Assembly: GCA_963725865.1 (NCBI GenBank)
Contig: CAVSAC010000012.1
Location: 544,001-608,000, forward strand
Source of the DNA: Candidatus Eiseniibacteriota bacterium
Lineage (GTDB): Bacteria; Eisenbacteria; RBG-16-71-46
Reading direction: 5' to 3'
DNA: 64,000 nt
Part shown: piece after piece, positions 9,362-17,577 of the stretch
Layout: each line of letters begins with the position of its first letter
How positions within the stretch are numbered: position 1 is the stretch's first letter
The notes under the pieces: model-generated
Database searches by the model: none
What the model saw: only the letters and a program-made list of their open reading frames with translations
Told to the model about the DNA's origin: nothing
Translations under genes and position numbers: made by a program

Positions 9362-10006
9362 CTACAGCGCGAGCCGCGGGCGGGACGCGACCAGCAGCAC
9401 GGCCGGGCCCGAGGCGAGGTTCAGGTACGCGTGCTCGGTGTGCGCGCGGAAATGGAGCGAGTCCCCTTCGCGCAGGACGTACGACTGCCCGCCGACGCGG
9501 AGCTCGGCGACGCCCTGCAACACCGTGACCCATTCCTCGCCCTCGTGCCGATGGACGAGCGCGGGCTCGCGGCCGATCGGCAGCGTCACCAGATGCCCGC
9601 CGAGTGCCGCGCCCTGCACCGACTCGTTGAGCGCCTCGAGCGTGGCCTGGCCCCACTGCACGCGCCGTTCGCGCCGGTCGGCCGCACGCTGCACCGCGAT
9701 CAGCGGCAGGACGCGCGGTTCGACCAGGGTGGCGGGCCGCATCCCGAGCGCCACCGCGATGCGCCCGAGCGCGCCGACGGTGGGGGAGGCCTTGCCGCGC
9801 TCGATCTCCGAGACGTGGGTCGCGGAGATCCCTCCGCGCACCTCGAGGTCCTTCAGCGTGAGGCCGCGCGAGACGCGCAGCATCTTGATGCGCCGGCCCA
9901 GCTCGACCCGAGACGGGTCGCGCGTTTGGAGTCCGGCTGCAGCCACCAGCGGCGTGCGGCTCTTCGCGGGCATCGCGACCCCCCGCTTGGGGCGCGGGCT
10001 GGCCAT
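9362..10006 (-). CDS. XRE-family HTH regulator with cupin domain
   Basis: ATG 10006 overlaps upstream TGA (alternative start 9973); ELGRRIKMLR...SEIERGKASPT; HRHEGEE cupin motif. Confidence 0.9.
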   Translation of the reverse strand: MASPRPKRGVAMPAKSRTPLVAAAGLQTRDPSRVELGRRIKMLRVSRGLTLKDLEVRGGISATHVSEIERGKASPTVGALGRIAVALGMRPATLVEPRVLPLIAVQRAADRRERRVQWGQATLEALNESVQGAALGGHLVTLPIGREPALVHRHEGEEWVTVLQGVAELRVGGQSYVLREGDSLHFRAHTEHAYLNLASGPAVLLVASRPRLAL

Positions 10007-10575
10007 CAGACCTCCTCCAGCGACTGGGTCACCACGGCCACCAGCTCCACGCCGTCGGTCTTCGATGCGCGCAGGCTGTGGGGAGCTGCGAGCGTGGCCT
10101 GGGCGCCGTCGCCCTCGGACAGGGCGGACACCTGATCGCCGAAGCGCGCTTCGACCGTGCCTCGACGGACGTAGTAGAGCGCGTCGCCTTCCAGCTCCTG
10201 CACCGGGATGCGGAACTCGGCACCGGGCTCGAGGGTGATCCGGTAGGCGAACAGCCGGCTCCCCGGGATGCCCGGCGTGAGCACCTCGGCGGCGACGCCC
10301 TTGGCGAGCTGGAGCCCGCGCGCCTGTTCGCGCTGCTGGTGGGCGACGGGCGCGCGCTCCTCCTGCTCGATGAAGAACGAGGCGTCCCGTTCGAGCGCGC
10401 GCGCGATGCGCACCAGCGCGCCGATGGTGGGGGAGGTGCGGCCGCGCTCGATCTCGGAAAGGTGGGTGGCGGACAGTCCCGAGGCCTGCTCCACCTGCTT
10501 GAGCGTCATGCGCCTTTCCAGGCGGAGTTTGCGTATGCGTCGGCCCAGTTCTTCGATCTCTACGATGGTGGACAT
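10006..10575 (-). CDS. XRE-family HTH regulator with degenerate cupin domain
   Basis: ATG 10575 (MSTIVEIEELGRRIRKLR) with GAGGG RBS; SEIERGRTSPT; cupin lacks the HxHxGEE motif. Confidence 0.9.
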   Translation of the reverse strand: MSTIVEIEELGRRIRKLRLERRMTLKQVEQASGLSATHLSEIERGRTSPTIGALVRIARALERDASFFIEQEERAPVAHQQREQARGLQLAKGVAAEVLTPGIPGSRLFAYRITLEPGAEFRIPVQELEGDALYYVRRGTVEARFGDQVSALSEGDGAQATLAAPHSLRASKTDGVELVAVVTQSLEEV

Positions 10576-11000
10576 TTTCCCTCGGCGTTCCGGCACGACC
10601 CCATCGGAATACACCCGGAGCCGCGCCTTCGGCCGACCGTCCACGCCGAACGCAACGGTGCACCCACCGGCGTGCGCCGATGGTGTGACGCCACCGCGTC
10701 CGAATGGTCGGGGGCCGCTTCGGAACGGTGTTCGATGACGCTTGGGACAACGACAGCGACCGACGGTTCTACCGCCGGAGTGAAGGAACGGGTCCGCGGA
10801 TCGGTCCGCTCAACCCGTCAAACTCTCGAGTGAGCGCCCAGCTTTCTACGGGTTCACGTCGGGCATCCGTGCGGGCGCCCGCCCGAGGGGTGGGCGTTGC
10901 GCCGCCGGCTCACACGGGCCGCATCGTGCCACGCGCTCGGCGAATCCGTCAAGACAGCCGATCCGGGATATCGGAAACGGCAGGGGCAATTCCACATGCC

Positions 11001-11029
11001 TTGACAGTGCAGCGCCCCCAAGCGAGACT
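11001..11029 (+). promoter_or_regulatory. Putative sigma-70 promoter for etfBA
   Basis: TTGACA-17 bp-GAGACT. Confidence 0.45.
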
Positions 11030-11082
11030 CCGCCGCCGTGCGCTCCGCTGGTCCCATGCCGACCCTCGGGATGCGGAGCCCC

Positions 11083-11100
11083 TTGTGAACCCAGTCACGA
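11083..11100. promoter_or_regulatory. Rex-like (or CRP-like) operator
   Basis: TTGTGAA-CCCA-GTCACGA vs Rex consensus TTGTGAA-N4-TTCACAA (2 mismatches); ends 38 bp before etfB. Confidence 0.55.
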
Positions 11101-11138
11101 ATCGGGCCACTTCCGGCCCTCGACCGACGAGGTGACTC

Positions 11139-11891
11139 GTGCTGCAGGTGGTGTGCATCAAGCAGGTCGCCGACACCGAGACGCGCGTGAAGGTGGGCGC
11201 GGACGGGCGGAGCCTGGATCCGGCGGGCGTCACGTGGATCCTCAATCCGTACGACGAATACGCCCTCGAACAGGCGCTGCGCGTGCGCGAGGCGCAGGGC
11301 GCGGGTGAGGTCGTGGCGATCTCGCTCGGCGGCCCCGGGGTGCAGACCACGCTGCGCAACGCGCTCGCGATGGGCGCCGACCGGGCGATTCACCTGACCG
11401 CGGACGCCGCCGCGGCCGACCCGCTCGCCGTCGCGCGCGCGCTCGCCGCGGCCCTGCGCGACCTGAACGCCGACCTGGTGTGGCTCGGCAAGCAGGCCAC
11501 CGACGACGACGCCGCGCAGGTCGGTCCGATGCTCGCCGTGCTGCTGGGGCGGCCGTGCGTCAGCGCGATCGCCACGTTCGCGCTCGAAGGCTCGCGAGTG
11601 CGCGTCGAGCGCGAGATCGAAGGGGGCCGCGAAGTGGTCGAGGTCGAGCTGCCGGCCGTGCTGACCGCGGACAAGGGGCTCAACGAGCCGCGCTACGCAT
11701 CGCTCAAGGGCATCATGGCGGCCAAGAAGAAGCCCATCGAAGAGAAGCCCGCGGAGCTGGGACCGGCCTGCCTCGAGGTCACCGCGCTCACGCTGCCGCC
11801 CGCTCGCTCGGCCGGTCGCATCATCGGCAACGGCGTCGAGGCGGTCCCCGAGCTCGTGCGCGTCCTGCGCCACGAAGCCAAGGTCATCTGA
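11139..11891 (+). CDS. etfB: Electron transfer flavoprotein beta subunit
   Basis: VCIKQVAD, NPYDEYALE, GKQATDDD, NEPRYASLKGIMAAKKK. Confidence 0.96.
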   Translation: MLQVVCIKQVADTETRVKVGADGRSLDPAGVTWILNPYDEYALEQALRVREAQGAGEVVAISLGGPGVQTTLRNALAMGADRAIHLTADAAAADPLAVARALAAALRDLNADLVWLGKQATDDDAAQVGPMLAVLLGRPCVSAIATFALEGSRVRVEREIEGGREVVEVELPAVLTADKGLNEPRYASLKGIMAAKKKPIEEKPAELGPACLEVTALTLPPARSAGRIIGNGVEAVPELVRVLRHEAKVI

Positions 11892-11902
11892 GGGAGCGGC
11901 CC

Positions 11903-12877
11903 ATGAGCATTCTGGTGTTCATCGAGCAGCGCGACGGTCAGGTCCGCGCGGTGTCGCGCGAGGCGCTGGGGGCGGCGACGCGGCTGGCGTCGGACCTCGG
12001 CGGTCCGGTGGTGGGCGTGTGCTGCGCGACGGCCGATCCCGGCCTCGCGGCCCTCGGCGACGGCGGCGCGGAGCGCGTGCTGCTCGCGACGCACGCGCGT
12101 TTCGAGCGCTACGACGGCGAGGGCTACGCGCTCGCCGTGAAGGCCGCGGTGGACGCGGTGAAGCCGGCCGCGGTGCTGTTCGCGGCGACATCGATGGGCA
12201 AGGACCTGGCGCCGCGGGTGGCGGCCCTGCTGGGCGTGGGGCTGGCCTCGGAGTGCACGGCGCTCGCCGTGGAAGGCGGCGCGCTGCGGGCCACTCGTCC
12301 GGTGTTCGCGGGCAAGGCGGTGCAGACGGTGGCGTTCCCCGCCGCGCCCGCGCTCGCCACCCTGCGCCCGAAGATGTTCGCGGCCGTCGCCGTCGACGGC
12401 AAACGTGCGGCCGTCGAGCCGCTCGCGGTGACGCTCGAGGGCGCCCCGAAGGCGCGCGTGACGGAGATCGCGGCGTCCGGCGCGGGCAAGGTGGACCTCA
12501 CCGAGGCGGAGATCATCGTGACCGGCGGGCGCGGCGTGAAGGGTCCCGAGCACTTCGCGCTGCTCGAGGCGCTCGCCGCCGCGCTCGGTGGCTCGGTGGG
12601 CGCGTCGCGCGCGGTGGTCGACGCGGGATGGCGACCGCACGCGGAGCAGGTCGGCCAGACCGGCAAGACGGTCGCTCCCAAGCTGTACATCGCGGCCGGC
12701 GTGTCCGGCGCGATCCAGCACCTGGCGGGGATGACCTCGTCGCGTTGCATCGTGGCGATCAACAAGGACCCGGAGGCACCCATCTTCAAGGTGGCGGACT
12801 ACGGGGTGGTGGGGGATCTTTTCGAGGTGCTTCCCGCGCTCACGGAGGCCGTGAAGAAGCTCGACGCAGCGGGTTGA
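11903..12877 (+). CDS. etfA: Electron transfer flavoprotein alpha subunit
   Basis: ATG 11903; GASRAVVDAGW, QVGQTGK, GVSGAIQHLAGM, INKDPEAPIF. Confidence 0.96.
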   Translation: MSILVFIEQRDGQVRAVSREALGAATRLASDLGGPVVGVCCATADPGLAALGDGGAERVLLATHARFERYDGEGYALAVKAAVDAVKPAAVLFAATSMGKDLAPRVAALLGVGLASECTALAVEGGALRATRPVFAGKAVQTVAFPAAPALATLRPKMFAAVAVDGKRAAVEPLAVTLEGAPKARVTEIAASGAGKVDLTEAEIIVTGGRGVKGPEHFALLEALAAALGGSVGASRAVVDAGWRPHAEQVGQTGKTVAPKLYIAAGVSGAIQHLAGMTSSRCIVAINKDPEAPIFKVADYGVVGDLFEVLPALTEAVKKLDAAG

Positions 12878-12896
12878 GCCGCGCGCCGCGCGCGGC

Positions 12897-12925
12897 TTGG
12901 ACGCCGATCCACGGTCTGCTAGGGT
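12897..12925 (+). promoter_or_regulatory. Possible nuo promoter
   Basis: TTGGAC-17 bp-TAGGGT with TG extension, just after a GC hairpin at the etfA stop. Confidence 0.35.
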
Positions 12926-12968
12926 GCGGCGCTGGAGCGTCGCGACGACGAGGGGGGAGGGGGTTTCG

Positions 12969-13322
12969 ATGCGCGAATACCTGCCCGTGCTGCTGTTCTT
13001 CCTGGGAGCCATCGGGTTCGCCGCGGGCACGATAACGATGTCCACCTTCCTCGTGCCGCGCCGCACCAACCGCATCAAGAACGCTCCCTACGAGTGCGGC
13101 GTCGATCCGGTCGGCGACGCGCGCCAGCGATTCACGGTGAAGTTCTACCTGGTCGCCGTGCTGTTCATCCTGTTCGACATCGAGGCCGTGTTCCTCTACC
13201 CGTGGGCCGTGACGTTCCGTCACCTCGGCCTCTACGGGCTGGTCGAGATGATCCTGTTCATCCTCATCCTGTTGGTGGGGTACCTCTACCTCATCCAGAA
13301 GCGGGCCCTCGAATGGGAGTGA
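12969..13322 (+). CDS. nuoA: NADH-quinone oxidoreductase subunit A
   Basis: PYECG, FYLVAVLFILFDIEAVFLYPWA. Confidence 0.96.
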   Translation: MREYLPVLLFFLGAIGFAAGTITMSTFLVPRRTNRIKNAPYECGVDPVGDARQRFTVKFYLVAVLFILFDIEAVFLYPWAVTFRHLGLYGLVEMILFILILLVGYLYLIQKRALEWE

Positions 13323-13364
13323 CCCCGGCCCCGGCCGTTCCGGCGCTCACGCCTGCAGGAGACC

Positions 13365-14039
13365 GTGGCGCGTGACGCGCGCCTGGCGACGACGACCATG
13401 ACCGACCACGCTCCCAAGCCGTTCCGCACGCTCGGTCCCGCCCCGGCGCAGACTCCGCAGGAGCAGGACCTCGAGCGCATCCTCAACACCTCGCCGGCCG
13501 GGCTCGTGAGCATCCAGACCGACGAGGCGTTGACCGCCGAGGAGCTCGAGCGCGGGATCCTGTTCACGACCGTCGACTCCATGGTGGGCTGGGCGCGCGC
13601 GAACTCCATCTGGCCGCTCGGCTTCGGGCTCGCCTGCTGCGCGATCGAGATGATGGCCGGGCTGGGCCCGCGCTTCGACATCTCGCGCTTCGGCGCCGAG
13701 GTCATGCGTCCCTCCCCGCGGCAGGCGGACCTGATGATCGTCGCCGGCCGCGTGAGTGTGAAGATGGCGCCGGTGCTGCGCACGCTGTACGACCAGATGC
13801 CGGATCCCAAGTGGGTCATCTCGATGGGCGCCTGCGCCTCGTGCGGAGGCGTGTTCAACAACTACGCGATCGTGCAGGGCGTGGACAAGATCGTTCCGGT
13901 GGACGTCTACGTGCCCGGCTGTCCTCCGCGGCCCGAGGCGCTCATCCACGGGATCATGAAGCTCCAGGAGAAGATCCTCGCTTCGCGCAGCGAACTGGGC
14001 CCCGTGGCCCGGAAGCGCAAGAAGAAGGGAGCGGCATGA
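13365..14039 (+). CDS. nuoB: NADH-quinone oxidoreductase subunit B (alternative start 13398)
   Basis: [29 protein letters not shown] (N2 ligands). Confidence 0.96.
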   Translation: MARDARLATTTMTDHAPKPFRTLGPAPAQTPQEQDLERILNTSPAGLVSIQTDEALTAEELERGILFTTVDSMVGWARANSIWPLGFGLACCAIEMMAGLGPRFDISRFGAEVMRPSPRQADLMIVAGRVSVKMAPVLRTLYDQMPDPKWVISMGACASCGGVFNNYAIVQGVDKIVPVDVYVPGCPPRPEALIHGIMKLQEKILASRSELGPVARKRKKKGAA

Positions 14040-14602
14040 GTGCGCTGACGCCCGGGCGGGTGGAGGAGCGGTTGCGGGAGCGGTTCCCGGACGTCCCCTT
14101 CCAGCGCCAGACGGGTGAAGCCGTGCGCGATCTCACGATCTTCGTGCCGGTCGCGCGACTGATCGAGATCTGCACGTTCCTCCGGGACGACCCGGAACTC
14201 GACTTCGCCCAGCTGTCGTGGATCTCCGGCGTCGACTGGCTGCCCCGCGAGCCCCGCTTCGAGGTGGTCTACGGGCTGCTGTCGATGTCGCGCACGTTCC
14301 GCATGAACCTCAAGCTCCAGGTCCCGGAAGCCCAGCCGCGCGTGCCCACCGTGATCCCGGTGTGGCCCACCGCGGACTGGCTCGAGCGCGAGACCTACGA
14401 CTTCTACGGCATCGAGTTCACGGGGCATCCCGACCTGCGCCGCATCCTGCTGCCCGAGGACTGGGTGGGATGGCCGCTGCGCAAGGACTCGCCGCTCGGC
14501 TACGAGGAGGTCGCGTTCACGCACAACACGCCGTCGCGACGCGTGCCCGACCCCTCGCTCAAGAAGCTGGCGCCGAAGAAGGTGAGATACCGTGCGCACT
14601 GA
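14036..14602 (+). CDS. nuoC: NADH-quinone oxidoreductase subunit C
   Basis: ATGA overlap; [22 protein letters not shown]...PLRKD. Confidence 0.95.
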   Translation: MSALTPGRVEERLRERFPDVPFQRQTGEAVRDLTIFVPVARLIEICTFLRDDPELDFAQLSWISGVDWLPREPRFEVVYGLLSMSRTFRMNLKLQVPEAQPRVPTVIPVWPTADWLERETYDFYGIEFTGHPDLRRILLPEDWVGWPLRKDSPLGYEEVAFTHNTPSRRVPDPSLKKLAPKKVRYRAH

Positions 14603-15770
14603 GACCATGACCCTGAACATGGGGCCCCAGCACCCGTCGACCCACGGGGTGCTGCGGGTCGCGCTCGAGCTCGACGGCGAGACGGTGCTCAAGGCGAAGC
14701 CGATCGTCGGCTACCTGCACACGGGCATGGAGAAGCAGGCGGAGTACAAGACCTACACCCAGTCGATCCCACAGACCGACCGGATGGACTACGCCGCGCC
14801 CCTCTCGAACAACCTGGCGCTGTGCCTCGCGGCCGAGAAACTGCTCGGCATCGAGGCACCGGCGCGCGCGCAGGCGATCCGCGTGCTGCTCGCCGAGCTC
14901 ACGCGCATCAGCTCGCACTGCCTGTGGCTCGGGACCCATGCGCTCGACATCGGCGCGATGACGGTGTTCTTCTACACGTTCCGCGAGCGCGAGAAGGTGC
15001 TCTCGATCCAGGACATGGTGTGCGGCGCCCGCATGACCGCGTCCTACGTGCGGGTCGGCGGACTCGCGATGGACATCCCCGACGGCTTCCTCGACAAGTG
15101 CGAGAAGTTCGTCGACGAGATGCCGCCGCACGTCGACGAGTACGAGACCCTGCTCACCAAGAACCCGATCTGGCTCGCGCGCACGCGCGGCGTGGCGCCG
15201 CTGTCGAGGGCTGACGCGATCGCGCTCGGGGCGACCGGTCCGATCCTGCGCGCCTCGGGCATGAACTGGGACCTGCGCAAGAACCAGCCCTACTGCGGCT
15301 ACGAGACCTACGATTTCGAGGTCCCGGTCGGCACGCGGGGCGACGCCTACGATCGGTACACTGTCCGCGTGGCCGAGATCCGCCAGGCGACCCGCATCGC
15401 GAAGCAGGCCATCCAGCGTCTGCGCGACCTGGGCCCGGGGGACTACCGCCTGCGCGACTACAAGTACGTGCTGCCGCCCAAGGAAGAGGTGAAGACCTCC
15501 ATGGAGGCCCTCATCCACCACTTCAAGATCGTGGCCCATGGCTTCTTCCCGCCGGTCGGCGAGGCCTACCACGCGGTCGAGAATCCCAAGGGCGAGCTGG
15601 GCTTCTACTTCATCTCGGACGGCACGCCGCGGCCGTGGCGCATGAAGGTGCGCTCGCCGTCGTTCACCAACATGCAGTGCCTGTCCACGATGGTGGAGGG
15701 CCGGCTGGTCGCGGACGTGATCGCGGCGATCGGCAGCCTCGACATCATCCTCGGGGAGATCGACCGATGA
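14592..15770 (+). CDS. nuoD: NADH-quinone oxidoreductase subunit D
   Basis: GPQHPSTHGVLR, GYLHTGMEK, terminal GEIDR; no hydrogenase CxxC. Confidence 0.97.
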   Translation: MRTETMTLNMGPQHPSTHGVLRVALELDGETVLKAKPIVGYLHTGMEKQAEYKTYTQSIPQTDRMDYAAPLSNNLALCLAAEKLLGIEAPARAQAIRVLLAELTRISSHCLWLGTHALDIGAMTVFFYTFREREKVLSIQDMVCGARMTASYVRVGGLAMDIPDGFLDKCEKFVDEMPPHVDEYETLLTKNPIWLARTRGVAPLSRADAIALGATGPILRASGMNWDLRKNQPYCGYETYDFEVPVGTRGDAYDRYTVRVAEIRQATRIAKQAIQRLRDLGPGDYRLRDYKYVLPPKEEVKTSMEALIHHFKIVAHGFFPPVGEAYHAVENPKGELGFYFISDGTPRPWRMKVRSPSFTNMQCLSTMVEGRLVADVIAAIGSLDIILGEIDR

Positions 15771-16282
15771 CCGACGCCCACGCGACCCTGACCCCGGCCC
15801 GCGCGCTGGCGCCGTTCGCGGTCTCCGACGCCGCTCGCGCCGAGATCGAGCAGGCGCTCACGCGCTACCCGAACAAGCGCTCGGCCCTGCTGCCGGTGCT
15901 GTGGGTGCTGCAGAAGGAGCACGGCTGGCTGCCTCCGGCCGCGCTCCGCCACGCCGCGCGGGCACTGGATCTCGACGAGCCCGAGGTGTTCGGGGTGGCG
16001 ACGTTCTACACGATGTTCAACCTGCAGCCGGTCGGGAAGTACCACCTGCAGGTGTGCAGGACGCTGTCCTGCTCGTTGATGGGCGCGGACCGGCTGTTCC
16101 GCCACCTCGAGAAGAAGCTCGGAGTGGGGCACGGCCAGACCACGCCGGACGGTCGTTTCACGCTGCGCCGGGTCGAGTGCCTCGCGGCGTGCGGCGGCGG
16201 TCCCTGCATGCAGGTGAACTTCGACTTCCACGAGAACCTCGACGAGGCGAAGGTGGACGCGCTGCTGGAGACGCTCAGGTGA
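15767..16282 (+). CDS. nuoE: NADH-quinone oxidoreductase subunit E
   Basis: VATFYTMF, CRTLSC, ECLAAC 2Fe-2S ligands. Confidence 0.95.
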   Translation: MTDAHATLTPARALAPFAVSDAARAEIEQALTRYPNKRSALLPVLWVLQKEHGWLPPAALRHAARALDLDEPEVFGVATFYTMFNLQPVGKYHLQVCRTLSCSLMGADRLFRHLEKKLGVGHGQTTPDGRFTLRRVECLAACGGGPCMQVNFDFHENLDEAKVDALLETLR

Positions 16283-17577
16283 GAGGGCCACTGCTCTTCA
16301 AGGACATCGATGCGCCCGGCCTCGCGACGCTCGACGGCTACCGCCGGCAGGGCGGCTACCAGACCCTGAGCGCGGTGCTCGGCAAGCGGGAACCCGACGC
16401 GTGCATCGAGGAGGTCAAGGCGTCCGGGCTGCGCGGACGCGGCGGCGCCGGGTTCCCGACCGGGCTCAAGTGGAGCTTCGTGCCCAAGGGCAACGCGAAG
16501 CCGAAGTACATCGTGTGCAACGCCGACGAGTCCGAGCCGGGCACGTTCAAGGACCACGAGCTGCTGCGGCTCAACCCGCACCTGCTGATCGAGGGCATGA
16601 TCCTCGCGGGCTGGGCGATCCAGGCGAACACCGGCTACCTCTACCTGCGCGGCGAGTTCGAGTACCTGCAGCGCGTGGTCGACGCCGCGCTCGCCGAGGC
16701 GGGCGCCGCCGGCCTGGTGGGCGCGAACTGCGCGGGCAGCGGCTTCCGCTTCGACCTGCACACCCATCTCGGCGCGGGGGCCTACATCTGCGGCGAGGAG
16801 ACCGCGCTGCTGTCCTCGCTCGAGGGCTACCGCGGCCAGCCGCGCCTGAAGCCGCCGTTCCCGGCGGTCGAGGGGCTGTACCGCTGCCCCACCGTGGTGA
16901 ACAACGTCGAGACCCTGATGAACGTGCCGCACATCCTGCAGCACGGCGGCGCGTGGTACCGGCAGTGGGGCAACGAGAAGAGCCCGGGCACCAAGGTGTT
17001 CAGCGTCTCCGGCCCGGTGAAGCGGCCCGGCAACTACGAACTGCCGCTCGGCACCCCGCTGCGCACGCTGATCGAGCAGCACTGCGGCGGGATGCGCGAC
17101 GGACTCCAGGTGAAGGCCATCATCCCGGGCGGCTCCTCGGTGCCGCCCATCCCGGCCTCGATGATCGACACCCCGCTCGACTTCGAGTCCATGAACGCGG
17201 TGGGCACGTTCCTCGGCTCCGGCGCGGTGATCGTGATCGACGATCAGACCTGCCTGGTGGACGCGCTGCTCAACATCAGCCACTTCTACCGCCACGAGTC
17301 GTGCGGCAAGTGCACGCCGTGCCGCGAGGGCACGTACTGGATGACGCGCATCCTCGAGCGGCTGGAGCACGGCGAGGGCCGGCTCGAGGACCTGGACGTG
17401 CTGAACGACGCCGCGGACAACATCCTCGGCAAGTCGTTCTGCGCGCTCGGCGATGCGGCCGCGATGCCGGTCATGGGCTTCCTCAAGCACTTCCGCGCCG
17501 AGTTCGAGCACCACATCCAGCACAAGAAGTGCCTGGCGAACCGCCGTCGCGAGTCCCTCACGGAGGTGACCGCGTGA
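16279..17577 (+). CDS. nuoF: NADH-quinone oxidoreductase subunit F
   Basis: GTGA overlap; GLRGRGGAGFPTG, NADESEPGTFKD, YICGEETAL, SCGKCTPCREG. Confidence 0.97.
   Translation: MRGPLLFKDIDAPGLATLDGYRRQGGYQTLSAVLGKREPDACIEEVKASGLRGRGGAGFPTGLKWSFVPKGNAKPKYIVCNADESEPGTFKDHELLRLNPHLLIEGMILAGWAIQANTGYLYLRGEFEYLQRVVDAALAEAGAAGLVGANCAGSGFRFDLHTHLGAGAYICGEETALLSSLEGYRGQPRLKPPFPAVEGLYRCPTVVNNVETLMNVPHILQHGGAWYRQWGNEKSPGTKVFSVSGPVKRPGNYELPLGTPLRTLIEQHCGGMRDGLQVKAIIPGGSSVPPIPASMIDTPLDFESMNAVGTFLGSGAVIVIDDQTCLVDALLNISHFYRHESCGKCTPCREGTYWMTRILERLEHGEGRLEDLDVLNDAADNILGKSFCALGDAAAMPVMGFLKHFRAEFEHHIQHKKCLANRRRESLTEVTA

Noticed and set aside
14592..15770. Group 4 NiFe hydrogenase large subunit
   Set aside because: No CxxC motifs; typical NuoD quinone-site residues
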